From: a virus
Virus record (IMG/VR): IMGVR_UViG_3300021090_000723
Location: 32,001-96,000 of that record
Strand: one strand, 5' to 3'
Length of the DNA stretch: 64,000 nucleotides
Under the pieces are notes generated by a model. That model saw only the letters and a program-made list of their open reading frames with translations. It was not told the origin of the DNA and ran no database searches. Below, one piece after another: positions 9,445-19,300 of this stretch. The first letter of the stretch is position 1; every line of letters starts with the position of its first letter. The position numbers and the translations under genes are program-made.

Positions 9445-10937
9445 TGCCCTTCGACATCTTCATGCCGCACGCGACCGACTTCTATAAGACCGGCCATATC
9501 CGTCAGTACCCGGAGGGCACGTCGTTCGTCTATTCGAACTGGACATGCCGCTCGGACAAGCACGCGCAGGTGCTGCCCGACTTCGACCACAAGGTGGTGT
9601 TCTTCGGGCTCCAGGGCGTCTGCGACTGGATGCTGAACCAGCAGTGGCGCCGGTCGTTCTTCAACCGCCCGCTTTCCCAGGTCATCCGGCGGATCGAGAA
9701 GCGCATGGACGGCGCGCTCGGCGCAGGCGCCGTCGGCCTGGGGCCGTGGACCGCGCTGCACGGGCTGGGCTATCTGCCGGTCAAGATCAAGGCCGTGCCG
9801 GAGGGGAGCCGGGTGAACGTGCGCGTGCCGGTCTTCACGATCCAGAACACGCTCAACGAGTTCTACTGGGTGACGAACTACCTGGAGACCATGCTATCGG
9901 CGGAACTGTGGAAGCAGATGACCACGGCCACGACGGCCTACGAATACCGGCGCCTGCTCACGCGCTTCGCCCAGGCAACCGGTGCTGATCCAGGTTTCGT
10001 CCCCTGGCAGGGCCACGACTTCAGCATGCGGGGCTTGAGCGGGATATCCGACGCCACCCAGAGCGGCGCTGCGCACCTGACCTCGTTCCTGGGCACGGAC
10101 ACGATCTCCGCGCTGGACTACGTCGAGGAATTCTACGAGGGGGACGAGACCTTCATCGGCGGGTCCGTGCCGGCTACCGAGCACTCTGTCATGTGCATGG
10201 ACGGCGAGGGCAGCGAGATCGACACGTTCCGCCGCCTGATCTGCGAGCTTTACCCCAAGGGCATCGTCTCGATCGTCTCCGACACCTGGGACTTCTGGCG
10301 CGTCATCAACGAATATGCCCGTGAATTGCGGGAGGTAATCCTCAACCGGCAACCCGATGCGACCGGCAACGCCAAGGTGGTCTTCCGCCCCGACAGCGGC
10401 GATCCGGTCAAGGTGCTGGTCGGCGATCCGTCGGAGCCTTTCGGGTCTCCGGCGTTCAAGGGTGCGGTCGAGTGCCTGTGGGATATCTTCGGCGGGACGA
10501 CGAACGCCAAGGCTTATCGCACTCTCGACAAGCATGTCGGGCTGATCTACGGGGACTCGATCAGCCTCCAGCGCGCCCAGGAAATACTCGAGGGCCTGAA
10601 GCGCAAGGGCTTCACGTCCGGCAACGTGGTCTTCGGGCTCGGGTCATATACCTATCAGTATGTTACCAGAGATACGTTCGGCACAGCCATCAAGGCGACG
10701 TTCGGCCGCGTGAAGGGGCAGGACCGCGCCATCGCCAAGAAGCCGAAGACCGACGACGGCGTGAAGTTCTCCGCGCGCGGCCTGCTGCGCGTCGAGCAGG
10801 AGCGCGGCGAATTCGTGCTGCACGAGGACCAGGCCACCGAGCAGGAGGGCCAGGGCGTGCTGGAGACGATGTTCGAGGACGGGATTCTCGTGCGCCGCGA
10901 GAAGTTCTCGGACATTCGCAAGCGCCTCTGGCCGTGA
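9444..10937 (+). CDS. nadV: Nicotinamide phosphoribosyltransferase-like protein (likely Namat of NARP1)
   Basis: AGGAG RBS; TDFYKTGH, HDFSMRG, GTD, PATEHS, VSDTWD, RPDSGDP, IYGDSI, K.PKTD..K.S.RG. Confidence 0.92.
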   Translation: MPFDIFMPHATDFYKTGHIRQYPEGTSFVYSNWTCRSDKHAQVLPDFDHKVVFFGLQGVCDWMLNQQWRRSFFNRPLSQVIRRIEKRMDGALGAGAVGLGPWTALHGLGYLPVKIKAVPEGSRVNVRVPVFTIQNTLNEFYWVTNYLETMLSAELWKQMTTATTAYEYRRLLTRFAQATGADPGFVPWQGHDFSMRGLSGISDATQSGAAHLTSFLGTDTISALDYVEEFYEGDETFIGGSVPATEHSVMCMDGEGSEIDTFRRLICELYPKGIVSIVSDTWDFWRVINEYARELREVILNRQPDATGNAKVVFRPDSGDPVKVLVGDPSEPFGSPAFKGAVECLWDIFGGTTNAKAYRTLDKHVGLIYGDSISLQRAQEILEGLKRKGFTSGNVVFGLGSYTYQYVTRDTFGTAIKATFGRVKGQDRAIAKKPKTDDGVKFSARGLLRVEQERGEFVLHEDQATEQEGQGVLETMFEDGILVRREKFSDIRKRLWP

Positions 10938-11059
10938 ACTGGAATTCCTACTGGGTCCCATCACCATTGCGTCCGCTGTTCGTGCGGTTTAGGCGCTGGT
11001 GGTGGGCCCGCAAGCCGCGGAACGCCCACTATCGCGCGATGAGAAAGAAGCTTCGATGA
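10934..11059 (+). CDS. Small basic Trp-rich peptide (41 aa)
   Basis: GTGA and ATGA overlaps bridge both neighbours. Confidence 0.45.
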   Translation: MNWNSYWVPSPLRPLFVRFRRWWWARKPRNAHYRAMRKKLR

Positions 11060-12921
11060 CCCTACCGATCCCAGACGCAGCGCTCGCCCGGCACATCGCG
11101 GTCGTGGGCGAAACCGGAAGCGGCAAGACGCACGACACCAAGGCGGTGATCGAGTATGTCGTGGCGCAGGGCCACCGGGTGTGCGTGCTCGACACGATCA
11201 AGTCCGACTGGTGGGGCATCACGTCGAGCGCCAGCGGGAAGAAGCCCGGCTTGCCGTTCACGATCCTGGGCGGTCCGCGCGGGCACGTGCCCCTTCTGGC
11301 GAACTCCGGCAAGGCCATCGGCCAGCTGGTCGGCGAGGGCAAGCTCCGGCTCTCGATCATCGATATGGCGGACTTCGAGCCGGGCGGGCCCCAGCGATTC
11401 TTCGAACACTTCGCGCAGTCGCTGTGGAAACACATCAAGGGCGTCGTCTACCTCGTGATCGAGGAAGCCCACGAGATTGCGCCGAAGGAACGGGCCGGAT
11501 TCGAGAAAGAGAACATGGCCATCCACTGGGCGAAGAAGCTCGCGACCGGGAGCCGGAGCAAGGGCATCCGCCTGATTATCGCCTCGCAGCGGACCCAGGC
11601 GGTGCACAATGCGCTGCTCGGCAGCTGCAAAACGCTGATGGCGCACAGCCTATCGCTGCCGGCGGATCAGAAGCCGATCATCGACTGGCTGAAGGCGAAC
11701 GTCCGCGACGGCAGGCTCCGCGACAACATCGAGCGCGACCTGGCGTTTCTGCCGACCGGCACGGCCTGGGTGTGCAGCGCCAAGGACGAGTTCTTCAAGA
11801 AGGTCCATTTCCCGAAGATCGAGACATTCGACAATACGGCCACGCCAGATTTGGATGCCGACGAAGTCGAGGTTGAGACGGCGCCGGTCGATCACGAGGA
11901 ACTCAAGGCCATCATCGGCGAGGCGGTCAAGGAGGCCCTGGCGAACGACCCGAAGGCGCTCAAGGCAGAGATCGCCAAGCTGAGGATCGAGCTTGCGAAG
12001 AAACCGGGCGTGTCCATTTCTTCGCCCTCAAATGAGGCGGCAAAAACGAACATGGCCGCACTGCGGGCCGAACTCCAGAAGGGTGTGGACGAGGGCTACG
12101 GCCACGGCTTTGGCCGCGGCTATGCCGAGGGCCTGATGGATGGCTACAAGAACGCCGCAACCGAGATCGGCGTGGCCCACCAGGATCTGGCGCGCCGGGC
12201 ATCCGATGCGGTCGCGCGCTACAAGGAGATCGAGAGGGCGCAACGATCGCGCTTCGGCCAACACAAGCGGGTTCCCGAAACCCCCGTTCCAGCACAAGCG
12301 CCGTACACAAAGCCGGCTCCGGTGATCGACGCCAAGGACGGGTTCGCCCCATCCCTCACGACGCGCCCAGATTTCCAGGAGGCGCAGCGGCAAGAGACCG
12401 CCCGGATACGTGGCCTGCTTCAGAACGGGGAGGTTCAGATCACTGGCGCGGGCCAGCGCATCCTCGATGGTCTGGCGGAGCTCGAAGCGCTTGGCGTCAG
12501 CCAGGCGCCGCGCGTGCTGGTCGCGTTCCTCGCGGGCTATTCCCACCTACAGAGCAAGGGCTTCGTCAACGCGATCGGCGCGATCCGCTCGGCGGGGATG
12601 GTCGAATATACCGGGGATGGCGCGGTCTTCCTGACCGATGCCGGCCGCGTCGCCGCCCATCCGCCGGAGGTGGCGCTCACGACGCAGGACGTCCAGAAGC
12701 GCATCATGGATCTGCTCGGTGGCGCGTCGTCCAAGATCCTTGCGCCGCTGATCGAGGCCTACCCCGACAGCCTGCCACGCGAAGAGGTCGCGCAGCACGC
12801 CGGATACGGGCACCTTGGGAGCAAGGGGTTCGTGAACGCGCTGGGCCGGATGAAGACGCTCGGGTTCGTGGAATACCCGCAGCAAGGCCGCGTCCGCGCG
12901 AGCGATCTGCTATTTCCATAG
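11056..12921 (+). CDS. HerA/FtsK-like (DUF87) ATPase fused to coiled coil and duplicated C-terminal winged-helix-like repeats
   Basis: Walker A GETGSGKT, Walker B LVIEEAHE, GRSKGI..I.ASQR-like motif; two GY.HL.SKGFVNA.G.....G.VEY repeats. Confidence 0.82.
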   Translation: MTLPIPDAALARHIAVVGETGSGKTHDTKAVIEYVVAQGHRVCVLDTIKSDWWGITSSASGKKPGLPFTILGGPRGHVPLLANSGKAIGQLVGEGKLRLSIIDMADFEPGGPQRFFEHFAQSLWKHIKGVVYLVIEEAHEIAPKERAGFEKENMAIHWAKKLATGSRSKGIRLIIASQRTQAVHNALLGSCKTLMAHSLSLPADQKPIIDWLKANVRDGRLRDNIERDLAFLPTGTAWVCSAKDEFFKKVHFPKIETFDNTATPDLDADEVEVETAPVDHEELKAIIGEAVKEALANDPKALKAEIAKLRIELAKKPGVSISSPSNEAAKTNMAALRAELQKGVDEGYGHGFGRGYAEGLMDGYKNAATEIGVAHQDLARRASDAVARYKEIERAQRSRFGQHKRVPETPVPAQAPYTKPAPVIDAKDGFAPSLTTRPDFQEAQRQETARIRGLLQNGEVQITGAGQRILDGLAELEALGVSQAPRVLVAFLAGYSHLQSKGFVNAIGAIRSAGMVEYTGDGAVFLTDAGRVAAHPPEVALTTQDVQKRIMDLLGGASSKILAPLIEAYPDSLPREEVAQHAGYGHLGSKGFVNALGRMKTLGFVEYPQQGRVRASDLLFP

Positions 12922-12930
12922 GAGGACCGC

Positions 12931-13248
12931 ATGGTTGTTGACCTGAAGAAGCACGCCGAGCCCCGCTGTGGGAACTGCAAGCATGCCACCCCGCGCGATG
13001 GTGGTGATCCGGAGAAGAAGGGCTATCTCTGCCGCCGCTTCCCGCCCCAGGTGCAGCTGGTCCCGCTGTGCCCGGCGGTGATCCTGCCATACGTGCTCGA
13101 GATCGCCCCGGCGCCGGCGGCGCTGAAGGAGGCGGTCGCCGAGTTCAAGGGACTGCCGGTCTTCTACCCCCTGGTCAACTTCCCAGGCGTGGCGGGCGGC
13201 GATGTGTGTGGAGAGCACACCCCGGCACTTATGAGGGCGATGAACTGA
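12931..13248 (+). CDS. Small Cys-rich protein
   Basis: AGGAGG RBS; CGNCKH...CRRFPP...CGEH motif. Confidence 0.75.
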   Translation: MVVDLKKHAEPRCGNCKHATPRDGGDPEKKGYLCRRFPPQVQLVPLCPAVILPYVLEIAPAPAALKEAVAEFKGLPVFYPLVNFPGVAGGDVCGEHTPALMRAMN

Positions 13249-13526
13249 TGCCCGAGCCATGGTCGAAAGACAAACGCGCCCAGGTCGCGCGCAAGGTCAC
13301 CAAGGAGGCGGCGCGCGCGGCCGGACGGCTGGGCGCGAAGGCGGTGATGATGATCGCGTTCTTCCCGGAGGGCCGGGAGCATTTCCACATCATCGAAGGT
13401 GGTGTAATGCCTGGGTCGTCGGATGCGACATCGCCTCAAGACGCCAAGCGCAAGTTCTACCTGCAAATGGCGTCGATGTGCGAAGTGCTCGACCAGAACG
13501 ACGGGGAAGACGTCGCACTGAACTGA
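13248..13526 (+). CDS. Hypothetical protein (start MPEPWS)
   Basis: TGATG overlap. Confidence 0.65.
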   Translation: MPEPWSKDKRAQVARKVTKEAARAAGRLGAKAVMMIAFFPEGREHFHIIEGGVMPGSSDATSPQDAKRKFYLQMASMCEVLDQNDGEDVALN

Positions 13527-13580
13527 AAGGATGGTGATGGATAACACGCAGTCGCAAAGAAGGAATTCAGCGAAATGCTA

Positions 13581-13610
13581 GAGCCCCGGGGGTCCTTTTA
13601 CCCGGGGCTC
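13581..13610. terminator. GC-rich hairpin (possible terminator or processing site)
   Basis: GAGCCCCGGG-10 nt-CCCGGGGCTC perfect 10-bp stem; no clear U-tract. Confidence 0.4.
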
Positions 13611-13627
13611 ACTCACCGGAGGAACCC

Positions 13628-13870
13628 ATGCCATTTCCCAAGATTGACGACATCAAGCGCGGCGACAAGCTGATCGCCGATGGCGGCTTCACTTGCATCG
13701 ATGAAGACGAAGTCCTCGAAGTCATGGAGGATGAGGGCGGCCTCTACGTGTTCTGCCGCGGCGAGGACGGGCTCCACGGGCCCGGCAATCACCACTACCT
13801 GGAAGGTCAGGTCGATGACGACGACGGCGCGTGCGTAGGCTTCAAGTTCGCCCCGAAGGTCACTGCGTAA
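13628..13870 (+). CDS. Hypothetical acidic protein; last + strand gene before convergence
   Basis: GGAGG RBS; GD.LIADGGFTC motif. Confidence 0.75.
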   Translation: MPFPKIDDIKRGDKLIADGGFTCIDEDEVLEVMEDEGGLYVFCRGEDGLHGPGNHHYLEGQVDDDDGACVGFKFAPKVTA

Positions 13871-14273
13871 CCAGGTGCAGCCAGAAGCCAGTGCTACCGA
13901 TCACGGCGATCGCCACAAGGTAGGCCGCCGAGTTGAGCGCCACGCGCCGCACCGGCACATCGAACCGGAAGGCGGCCCAAGCAGTCAACGCGAGATAGTG
14001 GGCCACCGTGATAACCACGATCCCGATGAACACGGTGCTGATCGAGCCATGGAACTCGCCTGGCATCGCGATCATGATGTAGCCGCTGTTGATGTTCGTG
14101 AACCCCGCGCCCAGCGCGAAGAGCCAGACGGCGGCGCCCAGGCGGTCCTCCGTCCCTCGGCCATGGAGGAATTCATAGATCCGCGCTGAAAAGCCGTAGA
14201 CCACGCCCAAGGTCAGCGCCATCAAGACGCACCTTAAGCCGAACAGGGCCACCAGCATGCTAGTTGTCACCAT
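13860..14273 (-). CDS. Four-TM membrane protein at end of lysis cassette
   Basis: Four hydrophobic segments. Confidence 0.65.
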   Translation of the reverse strand: MVTTSMLVALFGLRCVLMALTLGVVYGFSARIYEFLHGRGTEDRLGAAVWLFALGAGFTNINSGYIMIAMPGEFHGSISTVFIGIVVITVAHYLALTAWAAFRFDVPVRRVALNSAAYLVAIAVIGSTGFWLHLVTQ

Positions 14274-14442
14274 TGCCGCCTAAGGCCTCCCTGAGCATCT
14301 TCCGTTCGCGGATGCGCCGGATGTCTTCTACGAGCTCATCCTTCTGCCGCTCGACGGAGTGCACGATGCGATCGAGGGATTGCTCCTTCTGGGCCTCCTG
14401 GGCCAACTCCCCCGCGGTCTTCCGTTTGAAGATGCTGAACAT
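14260..14442 (-). CDS. Small coiled-coil protein (start MFSIFKRK)
   Basis: ATG 14442 shortly after upstream stop; overlaps downstream start. Confidence 0.6.
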   Translation of the reverse strand: MFSIFKRKTAGELAQEAQKEQSLDRIVHSVERQKDELVEDIRRIRERKMLREALGGNGDN

Positions 14443-14447
14443 CGATC

Positions 14448-14651
14448 TCAGCCTTTCACTGCGGCTCTGAGTTCCGCGAGAACCTGAGCCGTTGACGACC
14501 CCAAAGAGATAACCTGATCGGTCAGCTTTTCGATCCGAGCGTCCTTCTGCTCGATGACCCTCTGCTGGGTCCGGATGATCCACCACGCGAGCACTGCCGC
14601 TGGCGCGAACGCGCCGAGAGACGGCAGGATCGTTTGAAAAATTTGGTCCAT
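14448..14651 (-). CDS. Putative holin (one TM plus coiled coil)
   Basis: GAGGGAG RBS; N-terminal TM then charged helix; lysis-cassette position. Confidence 0.55.
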   Translation of the reverse strand: MDQIFQTILPSLGAFAPAAVLAWWIIRTQQRVIEQKDARIEKLTDQVISLGSSTAQVLAELRAAVKG

Positions 14652-14654
14652 TAC

Positions 14655-14963
14655 TCACTCCCTCGAACACGCCTGGATCTGGATTTCGTCGAGGGCAAGC
14701 CACGTCCGGTAAATCCCCCGCGCGGCCCTGTAGATTTTTCCAAGCGTTTCGAAGTCGCCATCGGGCACTGCGGCGAGGTCTTCGTCATCGTCAGGCAAGT
14801 CTTGAGTGCGCGGCGGCCGGCGGTCGGGGCAGACCCGCTGCTCGACGCGGGGGACCTCCACGCGGATGACCTCCGCGGGCGGGCGTTCGGGCGTCGGCGG
14901 GGTTTGGCAGGCCGCTGATGCAAAAACGGCCGCAATTATGCAGAACCTATGCAAATTATTCAC
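14655..14963 (-). CDS. o-spanin (Rz1-like lipoprotein)
   Basis: GTG start overlapping i-spanin stop; signal peptide with lipobox SAAC; Pro-rich. Confidence 0.72.
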   Translation of the reverse strand: MNNLHRFCIIAAVFASAACQTPPTPERPPAEVIRVEVPRVEQRVCPDRRPPRTQDLPDDDEDLAAVPDGDFETLGKIYRAARGIYRTWLALDEIQIQACSRE

Positions 14964-15403
14964 GGCAAGGCCCCCCGGAGATACTTCTCGCCCGCGGAAC
15001 ATGAAGCGAGCGTGCCTGGGGTGGTCACCGTCGGGCGGGCCAGGATCAGGGCGGAGTTATCGAGCGCACCCTTGGCCTGCTTGGCCGTGGCCGCCATGCT
15101 CTTCTGAAGCCCCTCGTCCCTGGCCTTATCGCCGTCCTCGCGGTCCTTGGCGTTCTTGTCGACGTCGGCGATGGCCTCGCGCAGGCCGGTGGTGTTCGTC
15201 AGGCACTGGGTGACCTGGCGGGTGTAGCCGGTGTCCGGGTTCTCGATCCGCTCCTTGTAGCTGTCGCGATCTGCTTCAATTAACGAGATCCGCCAGGACC
15301 ACACGCCCCACTGCACGGCGTTCCCGATGAGCGCACCGAGGGCAATGATGCCGAAGAGCGGACCAGCGATTGGCCCGATGAAGAACTTCAGCAGCGCAGT
15401 CAT
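14960..15403 (-). CDS. i-spanin (Rz-like)
   Basis: N-terminal TM, helical periplasmic domain with Cys; directly upstream of lipoprotein. Confidence 0.72.
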   Translation of the reverse strand: MTALLKFFIGPIAGPLFGIIALGALIGNAVQWGVWSWRISLIEADRDSYKERIENPDTGYTRQVTQCLTNTTGLREAIADVDKNAKDREDGDKARDEGLQKSMAATAKQAKGALDNSALILARPTVTTPGTLASCSAGEKYLRGALP

Positions 15404-15621
15404 CCGGGGATGAGCTTCGCCACCGCAATGGCGCCCGCGAGCAGGCCGACACCGACGGCGGCGCCGACGATGGGCCCAACGGTCGCGACGGCCGTGGTCG
15501 TGAGCGCGCCGATCACAACGCCGCCCCAGAATCCGGTGAGCGGGTGCTTTTTGATGTACTGGCGGAAGAAGCCCCACTCTTCATCGAACTTCTTCTGCGC
15601 CTCACCTGTGTTCAGCGACAT
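15400..15621 (-). CDS. Small membrane protein (holin/antiholin candidate)
   Basis: AGGAGG RBS; hydrophobic C-terminal half. Confidence 0.6.
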   Translation of the reverse strand: MSLNTGEAQKKFDEEWGFFRQYIKKHPLTGFWGGVVIGALTTTAVATVGPIVGAAVGVGLLAGAIAVAKLIPG

Positions 15622-15623
15622 GG

Positions 15624-16169
15624 TCAGACCTCCTTGTTGGGCGAATCGCCGCCCGCGATCATGCCGGTCACGATGTGGACCGGCTTCACTTCCGTTGGCT
15701 GGAGCTTGTAGATCGGACGACGGCAGGCATGGAGCCGCGCCTTCTCCTTCGCGACGATCGTCACGGCATCGCCCTGGTTCCCGCCCAGGCAATAGAAGCG
15801 CGTCTCGTCCTCGCCGACATACAGCGCCACGTGGCCGCCGCCTTGCCGCTGGAACGTGAGCACGTCACCGAGCGATGGCTCCGGCGAGGCCACGCCGAAG
15901 GTCGCCCAGGACAGCGCGCGCAGCGGGACGGCGGGCGGGTTCTTGCCTGCGCGCTTGGCGATCAGCGCCATGAAGAGGCCGCACCACGGGACATCGTCGC
16001 CCGTGTAGCCGGCGTGATCGAGCCCGGTCTCTTTCGCCCACGCCATGATGGTCGGGTTGTTGCCCGGGCCAGGCGTCTCCAGGGTTCCGTAGAGCTTGAC
16101 GGCATGGACGACCATCAAGGGGCCGGTCAGGGCTGCGAGCCACGCGAATTGGGATGGCAGGGTGCTCAA
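15624..16169 (-). CDS. Endolysin, TIGR02594/NlpC-P60 (CHAP-like) family
   Basis: G..E.PG...NP.I..W, DDVPWCGLF, RA.SW..FG, R.GGGHV.LY.G, LGGNQGD.V. Confidence 0.88.
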   Translation of the reverse strand: MSTLPSQFAWLAALTGPLMVVHAVKLYGTLETPGPGNNPTIMAWAKETGLDHAGYTGDDVPWCGLFMALIAKRAGKNPPAVPLRALSWATFGVASPEPSLGDVLTFQRQGGGHVALYVGEDETRFYCLGGNQGDAVTIVAKEKARLHACRRPIYKLQPTEVKPVHIVTGMIAGGDSPNKEV

Positions 16170-16199
16170 GGCGGCTTTTCCTCACAGGTTTTGAGGGAA

Positions 16200-16240
16200 G
16201 CCGACGGACGAGCGCCGACGCGAACAATGACAACTTATCA
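16200..16240 (-). promoter_or_regulatory. Repeated late leader element, copy 1 (extended -10 plus GTCGGCG hairpin)
   Basis: TGaTAAGTT then GTCGGCG-ctcgtc-CGTCGGC upstream of the endolysin. Confidence 0.6.
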
Positions 16241-16291
16241 GGCCCATGGGACCGTTGGTAGAGGGCGGCGTGATTCGCACCAGGGATGGCG

Positions 16292-16381
16292 ATGCGCCTG
16301 TACGATTATTGCGTGTGGCTCGTGTTCGGGGGACCGCTTCTTCTCGCGATCCTGGTCGGCCTCATCAAGGTCTTCGCCTAG
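16292..16381 (+). CDS. Small hydrophobic peptide (29 aa), opposite strand to the late genes
   Basis: MRLYDYCVWLVFGGPLLLAILVGLIKVFA; AGGGA RBS; one TM helix. Confidence 0.55.
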   Translation: MRLYDYCVWLVFGGPLLLAILVGLIKVFA

Positions 16382-19300
16382 TCCGCTCCAGATATTCGGC
16401 GTTGAACATGCGGATGATACGTTCTTCCGCCTCGTTCAAGATCCGCACCTGCTCGTTGTAGCGCGGCCTCGCCATCCTGCCCTGCTCCAACGCCATCTTC
16501 GCCTGAGCGCGCGATGCCCTGATCTCGGACAGTTCCGTCCTGGCGTTGTTCGCGTCGTTGTAGAGCGAGAGCATTGCCCGATTCTCCTGGACGAAGCCAC
16601 GAGCCTCAGGTCTCCGGCCCTCGCGCTGGTAGTCCCTGGCATAGGCGCGCGACTGCTCGATCTTGTTGATCCGCTCGTAGAACGTCGCCTTGTCGATCCA
16701 GGGCGGCTTGGATGTGACGACGCGGCGCACGAAGGGGATGTCGTTGAACGTGATCGTGCTGGTCGGGTCGGCAAACTTCATGGGCAGATCGAGGAAGTTG
16801 CGCTCGTAGAACGTGCCTGCGGCGCCCCAGGCCACGCCGAACCCATAGTCCAGCCACTCGGGCGAAATCTCGATCAGTCCGGGCTCGACACCCGTTCCGC
16901 CCGAGGCCGTGCTCAGGAAGTCTGTGACCGCTTTGTAGGCGGGCGAGACCGAATTCCAATAGCGCTGGCTGTTCGGGACCTGTGGGCCGTACTGGGACTG
17001 CTCCGGCGCGATCGGCCGCCCGGCATAGTCCTTGTTCATGAAGAGATCGACGACCGGGTCCATGGTGGTGGGCGCGATCATGTTGAGCAGGTTCTGCGCG
17101 CCGCCAACCGGGTTGAACGAGTCCATGATGGTGATCGCGAGGTTGCCGGCCGACTCCAGCGGGTCCTTGCCACGCATAACCTCGGCGATCGAGCGGCCGA
17201 CGCCGTAGAAGATGTTGTAGCCGTAGGGCAGCGGGATCTTCGCCGCCACTCCGCCCTCGCTCGGCGTCATGACGATCAGGTTCCGGCTCTTATCGAACGG
17301 CGTCACCTTGTCGTAGAGCAGCTGGCCGTCATCGTCCTCATCGCTGACAAAGGCGTTGAGGAAGTCCAGCAGGAAGCCGGTCAGCACCGCGAACGCTGCA
17401 ACCTTGCGCACGCGCGGGGACTTCCAGGCGGTGAGCAACGTCGCGGTGCCTTGGATGCTCGCGTTATAGAACAGGTAGAGGCTGTTCATCAGCGGGCCCC
17501 ACGAGCCGCGGCGGTTGAAGTTCACCGTCAGGTTCTTGGCGAGAGACGCCGCCTTCGCCGGGGTGAAGCCACGCTCGCGCGCGTTCTTGTAGGCCGAGAG
17601 ACGGATGGCGTTTTCCACCCCGATGTTCGTGTTCTCGATGATGCGGCCGAGCGTCTTCATCGCCATGATCGGGTTGAGCTTGGACGTGCCGATCTCCCGC
17701 ATCTGACCGTCCAGGCGCTTCCGTAGCTCGAGCACGTCTTCCATCTGGTTGAAGTAGACGCGCCCGCCGTTCTCGCGGAACTCCTGGGCCCAACGGTCCC
17801 ACTCGGCCTGGTCCTTCGCCATCCACGGCATCAGGGTTTTGCCCGGCTCCGCCTTGAACGCGCTGCGGCTCGATGCCACCAGCGCCTTGCGGTAGTCCTT
17901 CACCGTTCCCTTGGTGATGCCCTTGATGTCGCCGTGCGCCTGGATGTTCGAGAGCGCGGTCTGCGCATCGCGGAAGGCGTTCGTGATGACGAACTCCGGG
18001 TTGAGCGTCGTGTTCACGTGGCTGAGAATCCGGTTGATCGCGCCAAAATTCCGGATCAGCAGGCTGATCTGATCCTGCCCCAGGCCCTTCAGGCCCTGGG
18101 CGAGATCGCGCGCGACCGGGTTGTTGCGGTTGAACGTGATGCGATGCTCTTGCCCGTCGATCTTGGTGGACAACGTGTACGGAGCATCTTCGGCGAGGAT
18201 GCGCCGGACCGGCCAGTATTGGACCTCCTGGCGGGCCTTGATCCACACCGGCCGCATCGCGACCTTGTCGACCTTCCAGAAGTTCTCGTTGGGCGCGGCC
18301 TTCGCCAGTTCGTAGATCGCGTTGCCGATACGATTGTTCTCTCCACGGATGATCGCTTCCTCGGCCTGCATGAACGCATAGGCCAGGATGTCACGCGCTG
18401 GCGACTGACGGCCGAAGGCACGGTGCGATTCCTTGCCCTTGACGTCGAAGCCCTTGCCCGGGCGCGGGCGGTCGGCCTCGACCTCAGGGTCCAGTTCGGC
18501 CACGCCGCGCAGCGGGACATAGTCGCGATAGGTGGCGCGCCAGGCCTCGGCCTGCTCTTCCGACATAAGACCCGCTTCGACGCGCGTGTTCAGCGCGAAG
18601 GCCAGGACGTCGTCGACCATGCCTGCCAGGGCGTCGAAGTCCGCGCGCCGGCCGGTCTTATCGACCTCGTCCATGATGCCGCGCGCATCTTCATCGCTCA
18701 TGCCCGAGCCAGCGATGCCCTCTTCCCGGAACTTCGGGTTGATCTCATTGATCCGCGCGTTGCGTTCCGGCGCGTGCCGGGCATAGAGGAACGTCTCAAG
18801 CTCTTCCCGGCTGATGCCGCGCTCGTGCATGGCGAGCACAAGCGGCCGGATTTGGCGCTCGAACAGATCCTCCAGCTTCGCGCCCTTGCGGCCGGACGAC
18901 AGTTCCTCGGCCAGATAGGCGTTCTCTTCCTCCGTGAGCGGACGACCCAGCATCTGCTCGATCGCCGCCTGCATGCGCGCGACCTTGAGATAGCGGTCCT
19001 GGAAGCCCACGCGCCACTTGTCGAACGACGCATTGATGGCGGAGAGCGAAGCGGCGCCCTTCAGCCGCTCCATCAGGGAGAGGTTCGAGTTGCGGAGATA
19101 GTCCACCACGCTCGGCTGCGGGGAGTCGGTGAACATCGTGAAGGCGTTCGCGCCGGGTGGCATGCGGCGGGCGAACAGGCCCTGGCCCTCCATCACGGAC
19201 TCGCGCATGGCAGGCGTCACGTCGAGCGAGTGCACGTCGATCACGCCCTGCTTCTTCTGTGGGTGGGTCTCGGCCACGGTCCACGACGGCTCCGATTCCT

